Shown in pieces: positions 23,324 through 37,075 of a stretch of 64,000 bases of DNA. Each line of letters opens with the position of its first letter. Within the stretch, counting starts at the first letter, position 1. Source of the stretch: Squalus acanthias (Eukaryota); assembly GCA_030390025.1 (NCBI GenBank), contig CM059431.1, forward strand, positions 152,832,001-152,896,000, in the 5' to 3' direction. Position numbers and translations under genes: made by a program. The notes beneath the pieces are model-generated. The model was not told the origin of the DNA, did not search any database, and worked only from the letters and a program-made list of their open reading frames with translations.

Positions 23324-26300
23324 AAAAGGGGTCCCTGATGGACACACTCCCTCTTTAAAAGCGGTGCCTGATGGTGAGACTCCCTCTTTAAAAGGTGTCA
23401 CTGATGCTGCGGCACCCTCTTGAAAATGGGTCCCTGATTGTGAGACTGCCTCTTTAAAAGGGGTCCCTGTAGGAGAGACTCATCAATAGTGGTCCCTGAA
23501 GGGGATACACCCTATTTAAAACGGGACCCTGATGGTGAGACTCTCTCTTTAAAAGTGGTCTCTGATGGGGGGACTCTTTCGTTTAAAAGGGGTCCCTGAT
23601 GGTGAGACTCCCTGTTTATGAGGGGCCCCTAAATGTGAGACTCTCTCTTTAAAAGCGGTCCCTGTTGTTTAGACTCCTTCTTAAAATTTGGGCCCTGATG
23701 GTGAGAATCCCTCTTTAAAAGGGGTCCCTGATGGGGAGACATCCTCTTTAAAAGGTGACCCTGATTGAGACACTCCCGCTTTAAAAGGGGGTCTCTGATG
23801 TTAAGACTCACATTAAAAGGGCTCCCTGATTCAAAGACTCCCTCTTTAAAAAGGGGTCCCTGATGTTGAGATTCCCTCTTTAATCGGAGTCCCCGAAGCT
23901 GAAACATCTTCTTCAATACGGGTCCCTGATGGTGCAACTGCCTCTTTAAAAGTGTCCCTAAGAGGGAGACTCTCTCTTTATGGGGTTCCTGATAGAAAGA
24001 TGCCGTCTTTAAAAGGGGTCCTTGATAGAAAGACTCTCTCTTTAAAATGGGTCCCTGATGGTGAGACACCCTCTTTAAAAGGGGTCCCTGAAGGTGAGAC
24101 TCCATCTTTAAAAGGGGTCCCTCGTGGAACGAACTCTCTCGTTAAAAAGGGTTCCTGAAGGGGATACCCCATCTTTAAAAGAGGTCCCTGATTGAGAGAC
24201 CCTCTCTTTAAAAGGGGACAATGATGGTGAGACATTCTCATTAAAAGGGATCACAAATGGGGAGACTCTCTCGTTTAAATGGGGTCCCCGATGATGAGAC
24301 TCCATCTTTAAAAGTGATCTCTGATGGTGAGACTTCTTCTTTAAAAGGGATCCCATATGGTGAGACTCCCTCTTTAATACGAGTCCCTGATGCTGAAACA
24401 CCCTCTTTAAAAGGTGTCCCTAATGGTGAGGCTGCCTCTTTAAAAGGTGTCCCTAATATGGAGACTCTCTCTCAATTGGATCCATGATAGAAAGACGCCC
24501 ACTTTAAAAGGGGTCCCTAATAGAAAGACTCCATCTTTAAAATGGGTCCCTGATGGGGAAACAACCTCTTTAAAAGGTGCCTCTGATAGAAAGCCTCCCT
24601 CTTTAAAAGGTTCTCTGGCGGTGAGTCTCCTTCTTTAAAAGTGGACTCTGATGCCTAACCACCCTTTTTAAATGTGATCCCTGATGGTGAGCCTCTTTAA
24701 AAGGGGTCCCTAATGGGGAGACTCTCAATTTAAAAGGGATCCTTGTAAGAAAGATTCCAATTTAAAAATTTCTCAGATTGTGAGATTCTCTTTTTAAAAG
24801 GTGTCCCTGATGATGAGACTCCCGCTTTAAAAGGGGGCCCTGGGTTTGAGACTCTCCCTTTAACATGTCTCCCTGCTACAAAGACTCCCTCTTTAAAAGC
24901 GTCTCTGACGGTGAGATTCTCTCTTTTAAAGTGTTCCCTGATGTTGAGCCTCTTTAAAAGAAGTACCTAATGGGAGACTCTCACTTTAAAAGGCGTCCTT
25001 GAAAGAAAGAATCCTTCTTTAAAAGGGTCTCTGACGGTGAGATTGACTCTTTAAAAGGGGACCTTGATTTTGAGACTCCCTCTTTAAAAGGGGTCCCCGA
25101 GTGTGAGACTCCCTCTTTAAAAGGGGTCCCTGATGGTAAGACTATCTTTAAAAGGGGTTCCTGATTGAAAGACTCCCTCTTTAAAAGGGATCGCTGATGG
25201 TAAGACATTCTTCAAAAGAGCTCCCTGAGAGATAGATTCCATCTTTAAAATGTGTCCCTGAGGGTGAGACTCCCTCTTTAAAAGTGTCTCTGATGGTGAG
25301 ACTCCCTCTTTAAAGGGCACCCTGATAGAAAGACTCTCTATTTACAAGGAATCCCTGATGGTGAGTCTCACTCTTTAAAAGGACTCCTTGATAGAAAGAA
25401 TCACTCTTTAAAAGGGAACCCTGATGGTAAGGCTCTCTTTAAAATAGCTCCCTGATAGAAAGTCTCCCTCTGTAAAGGGGATTCCTGATGGTGAGACACA
25501 CTCTTTAAAAGGGATCACCGATGCTAAGACTCACTCTGTAAAGGGGATTCCTGATGGTGATACTCAATCTTTAATGGATCCGTGATGGTGAGACTCTCTC
25601 TTCAAAAGTGTTCCTTAATGGTGAGACTCCCTCTTGAAAAGGGGTCGCTGATGGTGAGACTCCCTCTATAAAAGGGGTCCCTGGTCGAGAGACTCTCTCA
25701 TTAAACTGGGTCCATGAAGGGTAAACAACATCGTTAAAAGGGATCCCTGTTGGTGCGACTCACTCTTTAAATTGGGTCTCTGATGGCGAGACTCCCTCTT
25801 TAAAATGACTCCCTGCTGGAAAGACTCCCTCTTTAAAAGTGATCCCTGATGGTGAGACTTCATCTTTAAAAGGGATCATAATGGACATATTCTCACTTTA
25901 AAAAGGGGTCCCTGATGCTGAGACACGCTACGTAAAAGGGATCCCTGACAGAAAGACTCCCTCTTTAAAAGGGGACCCTGATGGCGAAACACTCTCATTA
26001 AAAGTGTTCCCTGATGGGGAGACTGCCTTTTTAAAAAAGTTCCCTGATGTGGAGACTCCCTCTTTAAAAGGGATCCCTGATGGTGGGACATCACCTTTAA
26101 AAAGGGTCCATGATAGAAAGACTCCCTCTTTAAAAGGGTTCCCTGATGGTGAGACTCACTCTTTAAAAGGGGTCCCTAATGGTGAGACAACCTTTTTAAC
26201 ATGGGTCCCTAAAGGTGAGACTCCCTCTTTAATAGGGTTCCCTAATGGGGAGACTCTCTCGTTTAACAGGGGTCCCTGATGCTGAGACTCCCTCTAAATA

Positions 26301-26454
26301 AGAGGCCCCTGATGGTTAGACTCGCTCTTTAAAAGTGTCTCTGAAGGTGAGTCTCCCTCTTTAAAGCACACCCTGATAGAATGACTCCCTCTTTACAAGG
26401 AATCCCTGATGGCGATTCTCTCTCTTTAAAAGAGGTCCCTGATGGTAAGACTCT
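23324..26454 (+). repeat. 33-bp satellite (segment 5)
   Basis: Same monomer. Confidence 0.96.
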
Positions 26455-27397
26455 TGTGAAGGAATAGCCAGGATTCAGAATAATATACGATAAGAAAAAG
26501 AGATTTCTGAAATTATTAATACATGACGTACTGGGTTTAAAATCATAAGCCTTAGCAGACACAGGCTGCAAACAGAATACAGGCTTATGAGATAAGATGG
26601 TTTGTTAACACAAAGCTGTTAACACAAGTTCGAGTAAAAACCTGGTTTAAGAACGAAGTGGAAAAAAGCTGTTCAAATACGTTCTGTTATTAACGAAAGA
26701 ACAGTTCAAATACATGTTAACCAGCCGAATTGCAAGCATATTTTTAAAACTGTCTCCATAGAAAATATCAAGAGATGTCCTGCAAGATACCGAAACGGCG
26801 GAAAAATACAAGGTGCAGTTGTACACTGTCTTTTAAGAGCCAGCTTGGAGCACGACACAGGAAATGGATGCGATCGAATTACTGATGATGGGAAGTCAGA
26901 AGGTGTACTCGGCTCTTCTACACGCTGCTTGGCAACGCATCAGGATTAGGATTTGCGAAACGCAACACCGAAACAAGGAAAGATCAACGAGTTACTTCAG
27001 CAAAGGAGGAAGACATCGCGGATAAAGAAATAATTAACTGAGTGCCTCGTAAGGCCTATACAGATACAAACATCTGTACACACGCTGGATCGAAGGAACA
27101 GCGTGTCAAGCTTCAACTAATTTCAAATGACGTCACCTTGACTCGTATGAAGAACTCACCTCTACATCTGCTGATTGAACATTTTAAGTACATTTTGTTT
27201 GGCTCATACATGTCTATGTTATCATCCTTTTAAATTGTGTACAATTTAAAATAAGGCAAAACATTGTCCTAGGATGATTTAAAAGGAATTTTCATGTTGC
27301 ACATGAATGTTCATCTCGTAAAATGAATATGCTATTGTAACCTCATAAGCAATATTGATCAAACCTTGTCCTGAAGTTTTAAGCTCATCTTTTGGTC

Positions 27398-27407
27398 AAG
27401 GCGGGGC
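27398..27407 (+). promoter_or_regulatory. Polypurine tract (degenerate)
   Basis: AAGGCGGGGC immediately before the TGTGAAGG start of the 3'LTR. Confidence 0.65.
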
Positions 27408-29096
27408 TGTGAAGGAGTAGCCAGGATTCAGAAAAATATATGACACTAAAAACAGATTTCTGAAATTATAAATAAATGACATACTGGGTTTAAAAATAGT
27501 AAGCCTTAGCAGACACAGCTTGCAAACAGAATACAAGCTGATGAGATAAGATGGTTTGTTAACACAAAGCTGTAAACACAAACTTTGATATGGGAATGGG
27601 ATAGAGACAAAGGCAATGCCCTATGGAAGCAAACCATTGGGAGGTTCCTCTAGAGTTTGGGAGAAAATCAATGGAATGACCCCCCAAGTAAAGTGTTATA
27701 ATCTAACACGTCTAACAGGTGCACAGGACTTTAAAAAAAAACAAGTGCATTTGAAAAAATGACATCAAGTAAGAAATACCTGTCGTAAAATAGTTTTATG
27801 TTAAACTTAGAAACAGGAAACACGATTAAATATGCAACCAATTCACATCGCGAGAAAACAAGTAAACACTGAGTTAAAGTGTTTTCAATTTACATATTGT
27901 AAATATAATACATACAGAAGGCTTTGAAGAAATGACATCAAGTAAACGAAACGCCTGCTGAACAAATAGTTTTAATGCTAAGCTTGAGGATGGAGTCACA
28001 TTGTCTGATAAAAAAACAATTGATGTAAATAAGAAATGTATGGAACACCCTAGATAAAGTGGTTTTAATTTACAAGTTGTAAAAGGTACACAAACATGAC
28101 GACTTTGAAAATATTACTTCAATGGATACACCAAGCAATCACATTGATCTTGTATTGAACATGGAATACCACGGAGACACAACGCCTGATAATAACCAGT
28201 TAAAGTAATATTAGAAAATCAGTAGAAAGACTTTGATAAGAATTGCGTCAAACAGAAACCATTGCTGTTCTTGTTTATATGACGGTTTTTGAAACCTCTA
28301 TGCTACAGACATAATTATGCATGCAATATCTAAATTGAGAGTAAAGACAGAAAGCATTCAACAGAGATATCAATAAAGAATAGAACAAAGTCAGCAAAGA
28401 CATAACTTAATACAATTAAGCTTACATCATCAGGAAAACTGCAAAGGATAAACCACCCAAAAAAGATATAAAAATAGATCTTTTCAAACAGAAAAGTCAG
28501 AAGTCACTGGGACGACAAGCGTTTCTCAACTTCACAGACATTCTCTGTAAGTTTACAACGTTTGAGTCTCGGGTAATCAAGGTATTTGATTGTGGTGGAT
28601 ATTCTGGATTAAGAAATAAGTAGAAGTGTGGAAATGTAACGAAGTTAAGTTTTGAGAATAAGGATCTCTGATAAGAAATGTAAGCTATTTGTATTTTGAA
28701 CGATTAAAGTTGTGATTGCCATAATATATGTAATCTAAATGTCGGTTCGTCAATAAATCTATATATTGTTAAAATTGTCTCAAAGAACAATACTGTATTA
28801 TCTTGCGAACTCAATTGCTGTGCAATCAAAGGACTGGTAGAATTCTCAGGGGTATTCCGGACCCTCATAATATCCTGAAGTTTTCAGTCTAGTTAAACAT
28901 TTTAAAAGTACTTACTGGAGGACGGTAACAACTTTAGACCGTTTCTTTCCTTTATGAAAAGGTAGCCTGACCTTTAGACCCAATTAAGCGTCTTATAGGA
29001 ACCGGCTACCGCAAACTTTAGTTGAAGGTAAACGTCTGGGGAATACGCCTGATCTGTGGTAGTCCAAAAGGGCTAGGACTTGTAATTATCCCTTCA
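27408..29096 (+). repeat. 3' LTR (1689 bp) of the foamy-like element
   Basis: Homologous to 44375-45794; TATAAAA at ~28467 and AATAAA at ~28752. Confidence 0.92.
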
Positions 29097-32000
29097 TTAT
29101 CTTTAAAAGGGCTCCCTGAGAGATAGACTCCGTCTTTAAAAGGGTCTCTGATGATGAGACTCCGTCTTTAAAAGCGTCCCTGATAGTAAGACTCTTTAAA
29201 AGGGTTCCCTGAGAGAAAGACTCCATCTTTAAAAGTGTCTCTGATGGTGAGACTCCCTCTTTAAAAGGGATCCCAGCTGCTAAAACTCACTCTTTAAAAT
29301 GGAACCTTATATGGTGTCACTCCATCATCAAAAGGGATCCTGATGGTGAGACTCACACTTTAAAAGGGGTCCCTGATGGTGTGACTCCCTCTATAAAAAG
29401 GGTCGCTGGTGGAGAGACTCTAACGTTATCATGATTCCCTGAGGGGGATACACCCACTTTAAAAGGGGTCACTCATGTTGCGACATTGTCTTTAAAAGGG
29501 ATCCCTAATGGGGATATTCTCTCTTTAAAAGGGGTCCCTGATGCTGAGACTCCCTCTTTACAAGGGGTCCCTGATGGTGAGTCTCACTCTTTAAAAGGAG
29601 ACCCCGATGATGACTCACTCTCTTGAAAAGGGTCTCTGCCAGTGAGACTCCCTCTTTGAAAGGGATCCCTAATGGAGACATTCTCTCTCTTTAAAAGTGG
29701 GCCCTGATGGTGAGAGTCCCTCTTTAAAATGCCTCCTAGAGAGAAAGACTCCCTCTTTAAAAGGGTCTCTGATTGTGAGACTCCCTCTTTAAAAGGGTTC
29801 CCTGATAGAAAGGCTCACATTAATGTAGCTCCCTGATAGAAATAATCGATCTTTCAAAGGGCTCCCTGAGAGAAAGACTCCCCCTTAAAAGGGTCCCTGA
29901 TGCTGAGACTCCCTCTTTAAAAGGGGTCCCTAATATAAAGACTCCCTCTTTACAAGGGGTCCCTGATGGTGAGTCTCACTCTTTAAATGGAGACCCTGAT
30001 GATGACACACCCTCGTTAAAAGGGTCTCTGCCAGTGAGACTCCCTCTTTGAAAGTGATCCCTAATGGGGAGATTCTCTCTCTTTAAAAGGGGTCTCTGAT
30101 GGTGAGACTCCCTCCTTAAAAGGGCTCCCGGATAGAAAGACTCAACTCTTTAAAAGGGATCCCTGATGGTGAGACTCAATCTTTAAAAGGGACCCAGATG
30201 CTATGACTCACTCTTAAAAAGGGGATCCCTCATGCTGAAACTCCCTCTTTAAAAGGCTCCCTGAGAGAAAGGCTCCCTCTTTAAATGGATCCCTGATGAT
30301 GAGACTCCATCTGTAAAAGTGATCCCTGATGGTGAGACTCGCTCTTTAAATATGGTCCCTGATGGTGAGACACCCTCTTTAAAAGATGTCCCTGGTTGAG
30401 ATATTTTCTCATTAAAATGTGTCCAGGAAAGGGATAGACCCACTTTAAAAGGGGTCCCTGATGGCGCGACTGTGTCTTTAAATTGGGTCTCTGATGATGA
30501 GACAACCTCTTTAAAAGGGGACCCTGATGCTGAGGCTCCCTCTATATAAGGAGTCCCTGATGGTGAGACACCCTCTTTAAAAGTGTCTCTGATGTTGAGA
30601 CTCCCTCTTTAAAAGCACTCCCTGATAGAAAGAATCCCTCTTTACAAGGGGTCCCTGATGGTGAGTCTCACTCTTTGAAAGGATCTCTGATGGTGAGACT
30701 CCCTATTTGAAATGGATCCCTCAAGGGTAGATTCTCTCTTTTTAAAAGGGGTTCCTGATGTTGAGTTTCCCTCTTTAAAATGGGTCCCTGATTATGAGAC
30801 ACCCTCATTGAAAGGGGTCCCTGAGTGTGAGACTACCTCTTTAAAGGGGTCCCTGATGGTAAGACTCTCTTTAAAAGGGCTCCCTGAGAGAAAGACTCCC
30901 TCTTTAAAAGGGTCTCTGATGGTGAGACTCCCTCTTTAAAAGGGCTCCCTGATATAAAAGACTCATTCTTTAATAGGGTTCCCTAATGGGGAATCTCTCT
31001 CGTTTAAAAGGGCTCCCTGATGGTGAGACACTCTCTTTAAAATGTCTCTGATGGTGAAACAACCTCTTTAAACTGAATCCCTGATTGAACGACTCCCTCT
31101 TGAAAAGTGCTCCCTGATGGTGAGCCTCTTTAAAAGAGATACCTAATGGGAGACTCTCACTTTAAAAGGCGTCCTTGAAAGAAAGAAACCCTCTTTAAAA
31201 GTGTCCATGATGGTGAGACTCACTCTTTAAAAGGAGACCCTGATGGTGAGAATCCCTCTTTAAAAGGGTCTCTGATGGTGAGACTCTCTCTTTAAAAAGT
31301 GTCCCTGATAGTAAGATTCTCTTTAAAAGGTTTCCCTGAGAGAAAGACTCTCTCTTTAAAAGGGTCTCTGATTGTGAGACTCCCTCTTTAAAAGTGCTCC
31401 CTGATAGAAATACTCCTTCATTAAAAGGGAACCCTGATGGTAAGGCTCTCTTTAAAATTGCACCCTGATAGAAAGCCTCCCTCTTTAAAAGAATCCCTGA
31501 TGGTGAGACTCCCTCTTTAAAAGGGATAGAAGATGATAAGACTTACTCTTTAAAGGGGATCCCTGATGGTGAGACTCACTCTTTAAAAGGGGTCCCTTTA
31601 GGTGAGACTCCCTCTTTAAAAGAGGTCCCTGATGGTGAGACTTCCACGTTAAACTTCCCTGCTGGAGAGACTCTCTCATTAAAATGGGTCCGTGAAGGGG
31701 ATACTCTTTCTTTAAAAGGGTCCCTGATGGTGCAACTCTCTCTTTAAATTGGGTCTCTGGAGGTGAGACTCCCTCTTTAAACGTAATCCCTGATGGTGAG
31801 ACTTCTTCTTTGAAAGGGATCCCTAATGGGGATATTCTCGCTTTAAAATGTGTCCCTGATGCTGAGACTCCCTCGTTAAAAGGAGTCCCTGAATGAAAGA
31901 CTCCCTCTTTAAAAGGGGACCCTGATGGCGAAAGTCCCCCTTTAAAAGGGGTCCCTGATGGGGAGTCTGCCTCTTTAAAAGATGTCCCTGATGGTGAGAC

Positions 32001-35000
32001 TCATTCTTTAAAATGGATCCCTGATGTTGAGACTCTCGCTTTAAAAGAGATCCCTGCTGATGAGACTCACTCTTTAAAACTGGTCCCGGATGGTAAGACT
32101 ATCTTTAAAAGGGGACCCTGAGAGAAAGACTCCCTCTTTAAAAGGGGTCCCTGTTGTTGTGACTCTCTATTTAAAAGGGATCCCTGATGGTGAGACTCCC
32201 TCTTTAAAAGGGGTTCCTGATGGTGAGGCTCCCTCTTTAAAAGGTGTCCCTTTTGGGGAGACTCCCTATTTAAAAGGGATCCTGATGGGGAGACACCCTC
32301 TTTAAAAGATGTCCCTGATGAAGATACACCCTTTTTAAAAGGTGTCACTGATGGAGACTCTCTTTCTTTAAAAAGGGGTACCTGATGGAGGGGACATAAT
32401 CTTAGAATAAGTGGCTCCTCTTTCAAAACTGAGATGAGGAGAAACTTTTTCACTCAGCGGGTAGTGGGTCTGTGGAATTTGCTACCCCAGGAAGCTGTGG
32501 AAGCTACTTCATTAAATAAATTTAAAACAGAAATAGACCGTTTCCTAGAAGTAAAGGGAATCAGGGGTTACGGAGAGCGGGCTGGAAATTGGACATGAGT
32601 TTGACTTCGGATCGGTCAAGGCCCTGTGGGTGGCGGAGCGGGCCCAGGGGCCGAGTGGCCTGGTCCTGCTCCTACTTCTTGTGTTCTTTAGAGTTGGGGT
32701 TGGATCAGATCAGTCATGATCTCATTGATTGGCGGAGCAGGCTCGAGGGGCTGGTGAGACTGCTTCTTTAAAATGTGTCCCTAATGGGGAGACTCTCCCT
32801 CTATGGGGTCCCTGATAGAAAGACGCCCAAATTAAAAGGGGTACCTGATAGAAAGACTCTTTCTTTAAAATGGGTCCCTGATGTTGAGACTCACTCTTTA
32901 AAAGGGGTCGCTGATTGTAAGACTCACTTTAAAAGGGCTACCTGATAGAAAGACTCCCTCTTTAAAAGGGTCTCTGATGTTGAGTCTCCCTCTTTAAAGG
33001 TACTCCCTGATAGAAATACTCCCCATTTAAAAGAGATCCCTGATGGTGAGACATCTTCTTTAAAAGGGATCCCTAATGGGGACACTCTCTCTTTGAAAGG
33101 TGTTCTTGAAAGAAAGACTCCCCCTTTAAAAGGGTCCCTGATGGTGAGATTCTCTCTTTAAAAGCGGCCCATGATAGAAAGAATCTCTCATTAAAATTGG
33201 TCATTGATGGTGAGACTCACTTTATAAAAGGGGTCCCTGATGGTGAGATTCACTTTTTAAAAGGGGTCCCTGACGGTGAGACTCTCTCTTTAAAATTGGT
33301 CATGATGTTGAGACTCTTTCTTTAAAAGGAGTCTCTGATGCATAACCTCCCTTTTTAAAATTGTTCCCTGAAGGTGAGCCTCTTTAAAAGGGGTCCCTAA
33401 TGGGGAGACTTTCACTTTAAATGGGGTCCTTGAAAGAAAGAATCCCTCTTTAAAAGTGCCTCTGATGGTGAGATTCTCTCTTTAAAAGGGGATCCTGATG
33501 GTAAAGCTCTCTTTAAAAGTGCTTCCTGATGGTGAGACTCTTTCTTTAAAAGGGACCACTGATCGACAGACACCCTCTTTATAAGGGATCAATGACTGTG
33601 AGACTCTCTCTTTAAAATTGGTCATGATGTTGAGACTCTTTCTTTAAAAGGAGTATCTGATGTATATCCACCCTTTTTAAAAGTGGACCCTGAAGGTGAG
33701 CCTCTTTAAAAGGGGTCACTAATGGGGAGACTTTCACTTTAAAAGGGGTCCTTGAAAGAAAGACTCCCTCTTTAAAAGGATCGCTGACGTTGAGATTCAT
33801 CTTTAAAATTAGTCCCTGATGGTGAGACTCCCTCTTTAAAAGGGGGTCCTGAGTGTGAGACTCACCCTTTAAAAGGGATTCCTGCTAGAAAGACACCATC
33901 TTTAAAAGCATCTCTGACGGTGAGATTCTCCAATAAATTGGTCCCTGACGGTGAGCCTCTTAAAAAGGGGTCCCTAATGTTGAGACTCTCACTTTAAATG
34001 GGGTCCTTGAAAGAAAGAATCCCTCTTTAAAAGGGCCTCTGATGGTGAGATACTCTCTTTAAAAGGGGAACCTGATGGTGAGAGTAACTCTGTAAAAGGG
34101 GACCCTGATGGTAAGGCTCTCTTTAAAAGTGTTTCCTGATCGTGAGTCTCCCTCTTTAAAAGTTATCACTGATAGAAAGACTTTCACTTTAAAAGGGGTC
34201 CATGATGGTGAGACTCCCTCTTTAAAAGGGGTCCCTGATGGTGAGATTTCCTCTTTAAAAGGGGTCCCTGATAGTGAGACTCCCTCTTTAATCGGAATCC
34301 CTCATGCTGAAACATCCTCTTAAAAAGGGGTCCGCAAAGGTGAGACAGATTCATTAAAAGTGTCCCTAATGGGGAGACTCTCTCTTTCTGGTTTCCCTGA
34401 TAGAAAAACGCTTTTTTAAAAGGGATCCTTGATAGAAAGACTCTCTCTTTAAAATGGGAAACTGATGGTGCGACTTCATCTTTAAAAGAGGTCCCTGATG
34501 GTGAAACTCTATCTTTAAAACGGTTCCCTCGTGGAGAGATCCTCTCTTTAAAAGGGGACTCTGATGGTGAGATTTCCTCATTAAAAGGGATCCGTAATGG
34601 GCAGACTCTCTCGTTTAAAAGGGGTCACTGATGTTTAGACTCCCTCTTTAAAAGGTGTCCTTTATGGTGAGACTCCCACTTTAAAAGAGATCTGTGACGG
34701 TGAGACTTCTTCTTTAAAAGGGTTCCATTCTGGGGTGATTCTCTCGTTAAAAGGGGTCCCTGATCGTGAGACTTCCTCTCTACGGGACCACTGATAGAAA
34801 GACGTCCTCTTTAAAACGGGTCCCTGATAGAAAGACTCTCTCTTTAAAATTGTTCCCTGATGATGAGACTCACTCTTTAAAAGGGGTCGCTGATTGTAAG
34901 ACTCACTTTAAAATGGCTACCTGATAGAAAGGCTCCCTCTTTAAAAGGGTCTCTGATGGTGAGTTTCCCTCTTTAAAAGTACTTCCGGATAGAAAGACTC

Positions 35001-37075
35001 CCCCTTTAAAAGGGATCCCTGATGGTGAGACATCTTCTTTAAAAGGGATCCCTAATGGGGAGACTCTATCTTTAAAAAGGGTCCTTGAAAGAAAGACTCC
35101 ATCTTTAAAAGGGTCTCTGATGGTGAGATGCTCTCTTTAAAAGTGGTTCCTGATGGTGAGACACCATCATTAAAACGGTTACCCTGATGTTGAGAATCTC
35201 TTGAAAAGGGGTCCTTGTTGGGTAGACGCCCTCTTTAAAAGGGTTCCTTAATGGGGAGACACCCTCTTTAAAAGGAGAACCTGGTGGAGACACTCCCTCT
35301 TTAAAAGTGGTCCCTGATGGTAAGACTCATGTTAAAAGGGCTCCCTGATATAAAGAATGCCTCTTCAAAAGGGGACCCTGATGGCGAAACTCTCTCTTTC
35401 AAAGGGGTACCTATTGGGAAGAATCACTCTTTAAAAGTGGTCCCTGATGGTGCAACTCCATCTTTAAATGAGGTCCCTGATGTTGAGAATCCCTCCTTAA
35501 TCGGAGTCCCTAATTCTGAAACATACTCTTCAAAAGGGGTCGCTGATGTTAAGACTGCCTCTTTAATAATGTCCCTAATGTGGAGAATCTCACTTTATGG
35601 GGTCCCTGATGGAAAACCAACTCTTCAAAAGGGGTCCTTGATAGAAAGATTATCTCTTTAAAATGTGTCCCTAATGGTCAGACACCCTCTTTAAAAGGGG
35701 TCCCCGATGGAAAAGTCTCTCTCTTTAAAGTGGTCCCTGATGGTGAGACTCACTCTTTAAAAAGGTCCCTAATGTTGTGACACCCTCTTGAAACGTGGTC
35801 CCTGATGGTGAGACCCTCTCTTTAAAAGGGGACTCTGATGGTGAGACTTATTCCTTAAAAGGGTTCCCTTATTGTGAGACTATCTCGTTAAAAGTTGTCC
35901 CTGATGGAGTGACTCTCTCGTTAAAAGGTGTCCCTGATGGAGTGACTCCCTCTTTAAAAGGGGTCCCTAATGGAGAATCTCCCTCTCTCTATGGGGTCTA
36001 TTATAAAAAGACGCCCACTTTAAAAGAGGTCCCTGATAGAAAGACTCACCATTTAAAAGAGATCCCTGATGGTGCAACATCTTCTTTAAAAGGCATCCCT
36101 AATGGGGAGAGTCTCTTTAAAAGGGCTTATGATAGAAACACTAATTCTTTCAAAAGGGTCTCTGATGGTGAGACTACTTCTTTAATAGGAGTCCCTGATG
36201 CTGAAACATCCTCTTTAAAGTGGGTCCCTTTTTATGAGACTGCCTCTTTAAATGTGTCCCTAATGGGGAGACGCTCACGTTAAAAGGGGTCTCTGATAGA
36301 AAGACTCCATCTTTGAAAGGGGTCCCTGATAGAAAGTATCTCTCTTTAAAAGCGGTCCCTGATGGTGCGACTGTCTCTTTAAAACGGTCGCTGCTGCTGA
36401 AGCACTCTCTTTAAAATGGGCCCCTAATTGTGAGACTGCCTTTTTAAAAGGGGTCCCTGATGTCGAGACTCTCACTTCAAAAGAGATCCCTGATGGTGAG
36501 ACTCCTTCTTTAAAAGGGCCCCCTGATCGAAGACTCCTATTTAAAAAGTTCTCTGATGTTGAGACTCCCCCTTTAACAGGGCTCACCGATAGAAGGACTC
36601 CCTCTTTAAAAGTGTCTCTGATGGTTAGAGTCTCTCTTTAACAGGTGTCCCTGATGGTGAGACACGCCCTTTAAAAGGGGTTCCTCGTGGAGTTATTCTC
36701 TCATTAAATGCGTCCCTGACTGGGATACTCCCTCTTTAAAAGAGTTCCCTGATGGGGAGACTCCCTCTTTAAATGAGATCGCTGATAGTGAGATTTGCTC
36801 TTTAAAAGGGCTCCCTGATGGTGAGACTCCCTTCTTAAAAGGTGTCCCTAATGGGGAGACGCTCACTTTGAAATTGGTCCCTGATAGAAAGACCTACTCT
36901 GTAAAAGGACCCAGACAGAAAGACTCTCTATTTAAACGGGTCCCCGAGGGTGAGTCTCCATCTTTAAACAGGGTCCCTGATGGAAAGACTCTCTTTAAAA
37001 TGTGCCCCTGATGGTGAGACTTCCTCTTTAAAAGTGAATCTTGATGGTAAGACTCACTCTATTAAAGGGATCCCT
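29097..37075 (+). repeat. 33-bp satellite (segment 6)
   Basis: Same monomer; contains a CR1 fragment. Confidence 0.96.
32389..32752 (+). mobile_element. CR1 3' fragment (end of ORF2 plus 3'UTR, terminal microsatellite missing)
   Basis: Encodes GHNLRISGSSFKTEMRRNFFTQRVVGLWN; same subfamily 3'UTR as 15315-15750. Confidence 0.9.

Larger units (their letters stand above)
26455..29096 (+). mobile_element. Internally deleted foamy-like provirus: 5'LTR stub (26455-~26626), integrase C-terminus, short ORF region, PPT, complete 3'LTR
   Basis: TG...CA ends; 26627-27106 homologous to 51031-51512; degenerate 4-bp TSD (CTCT/TTAT); flanks rejoin as a satellite unit. Confidence 0.9.
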
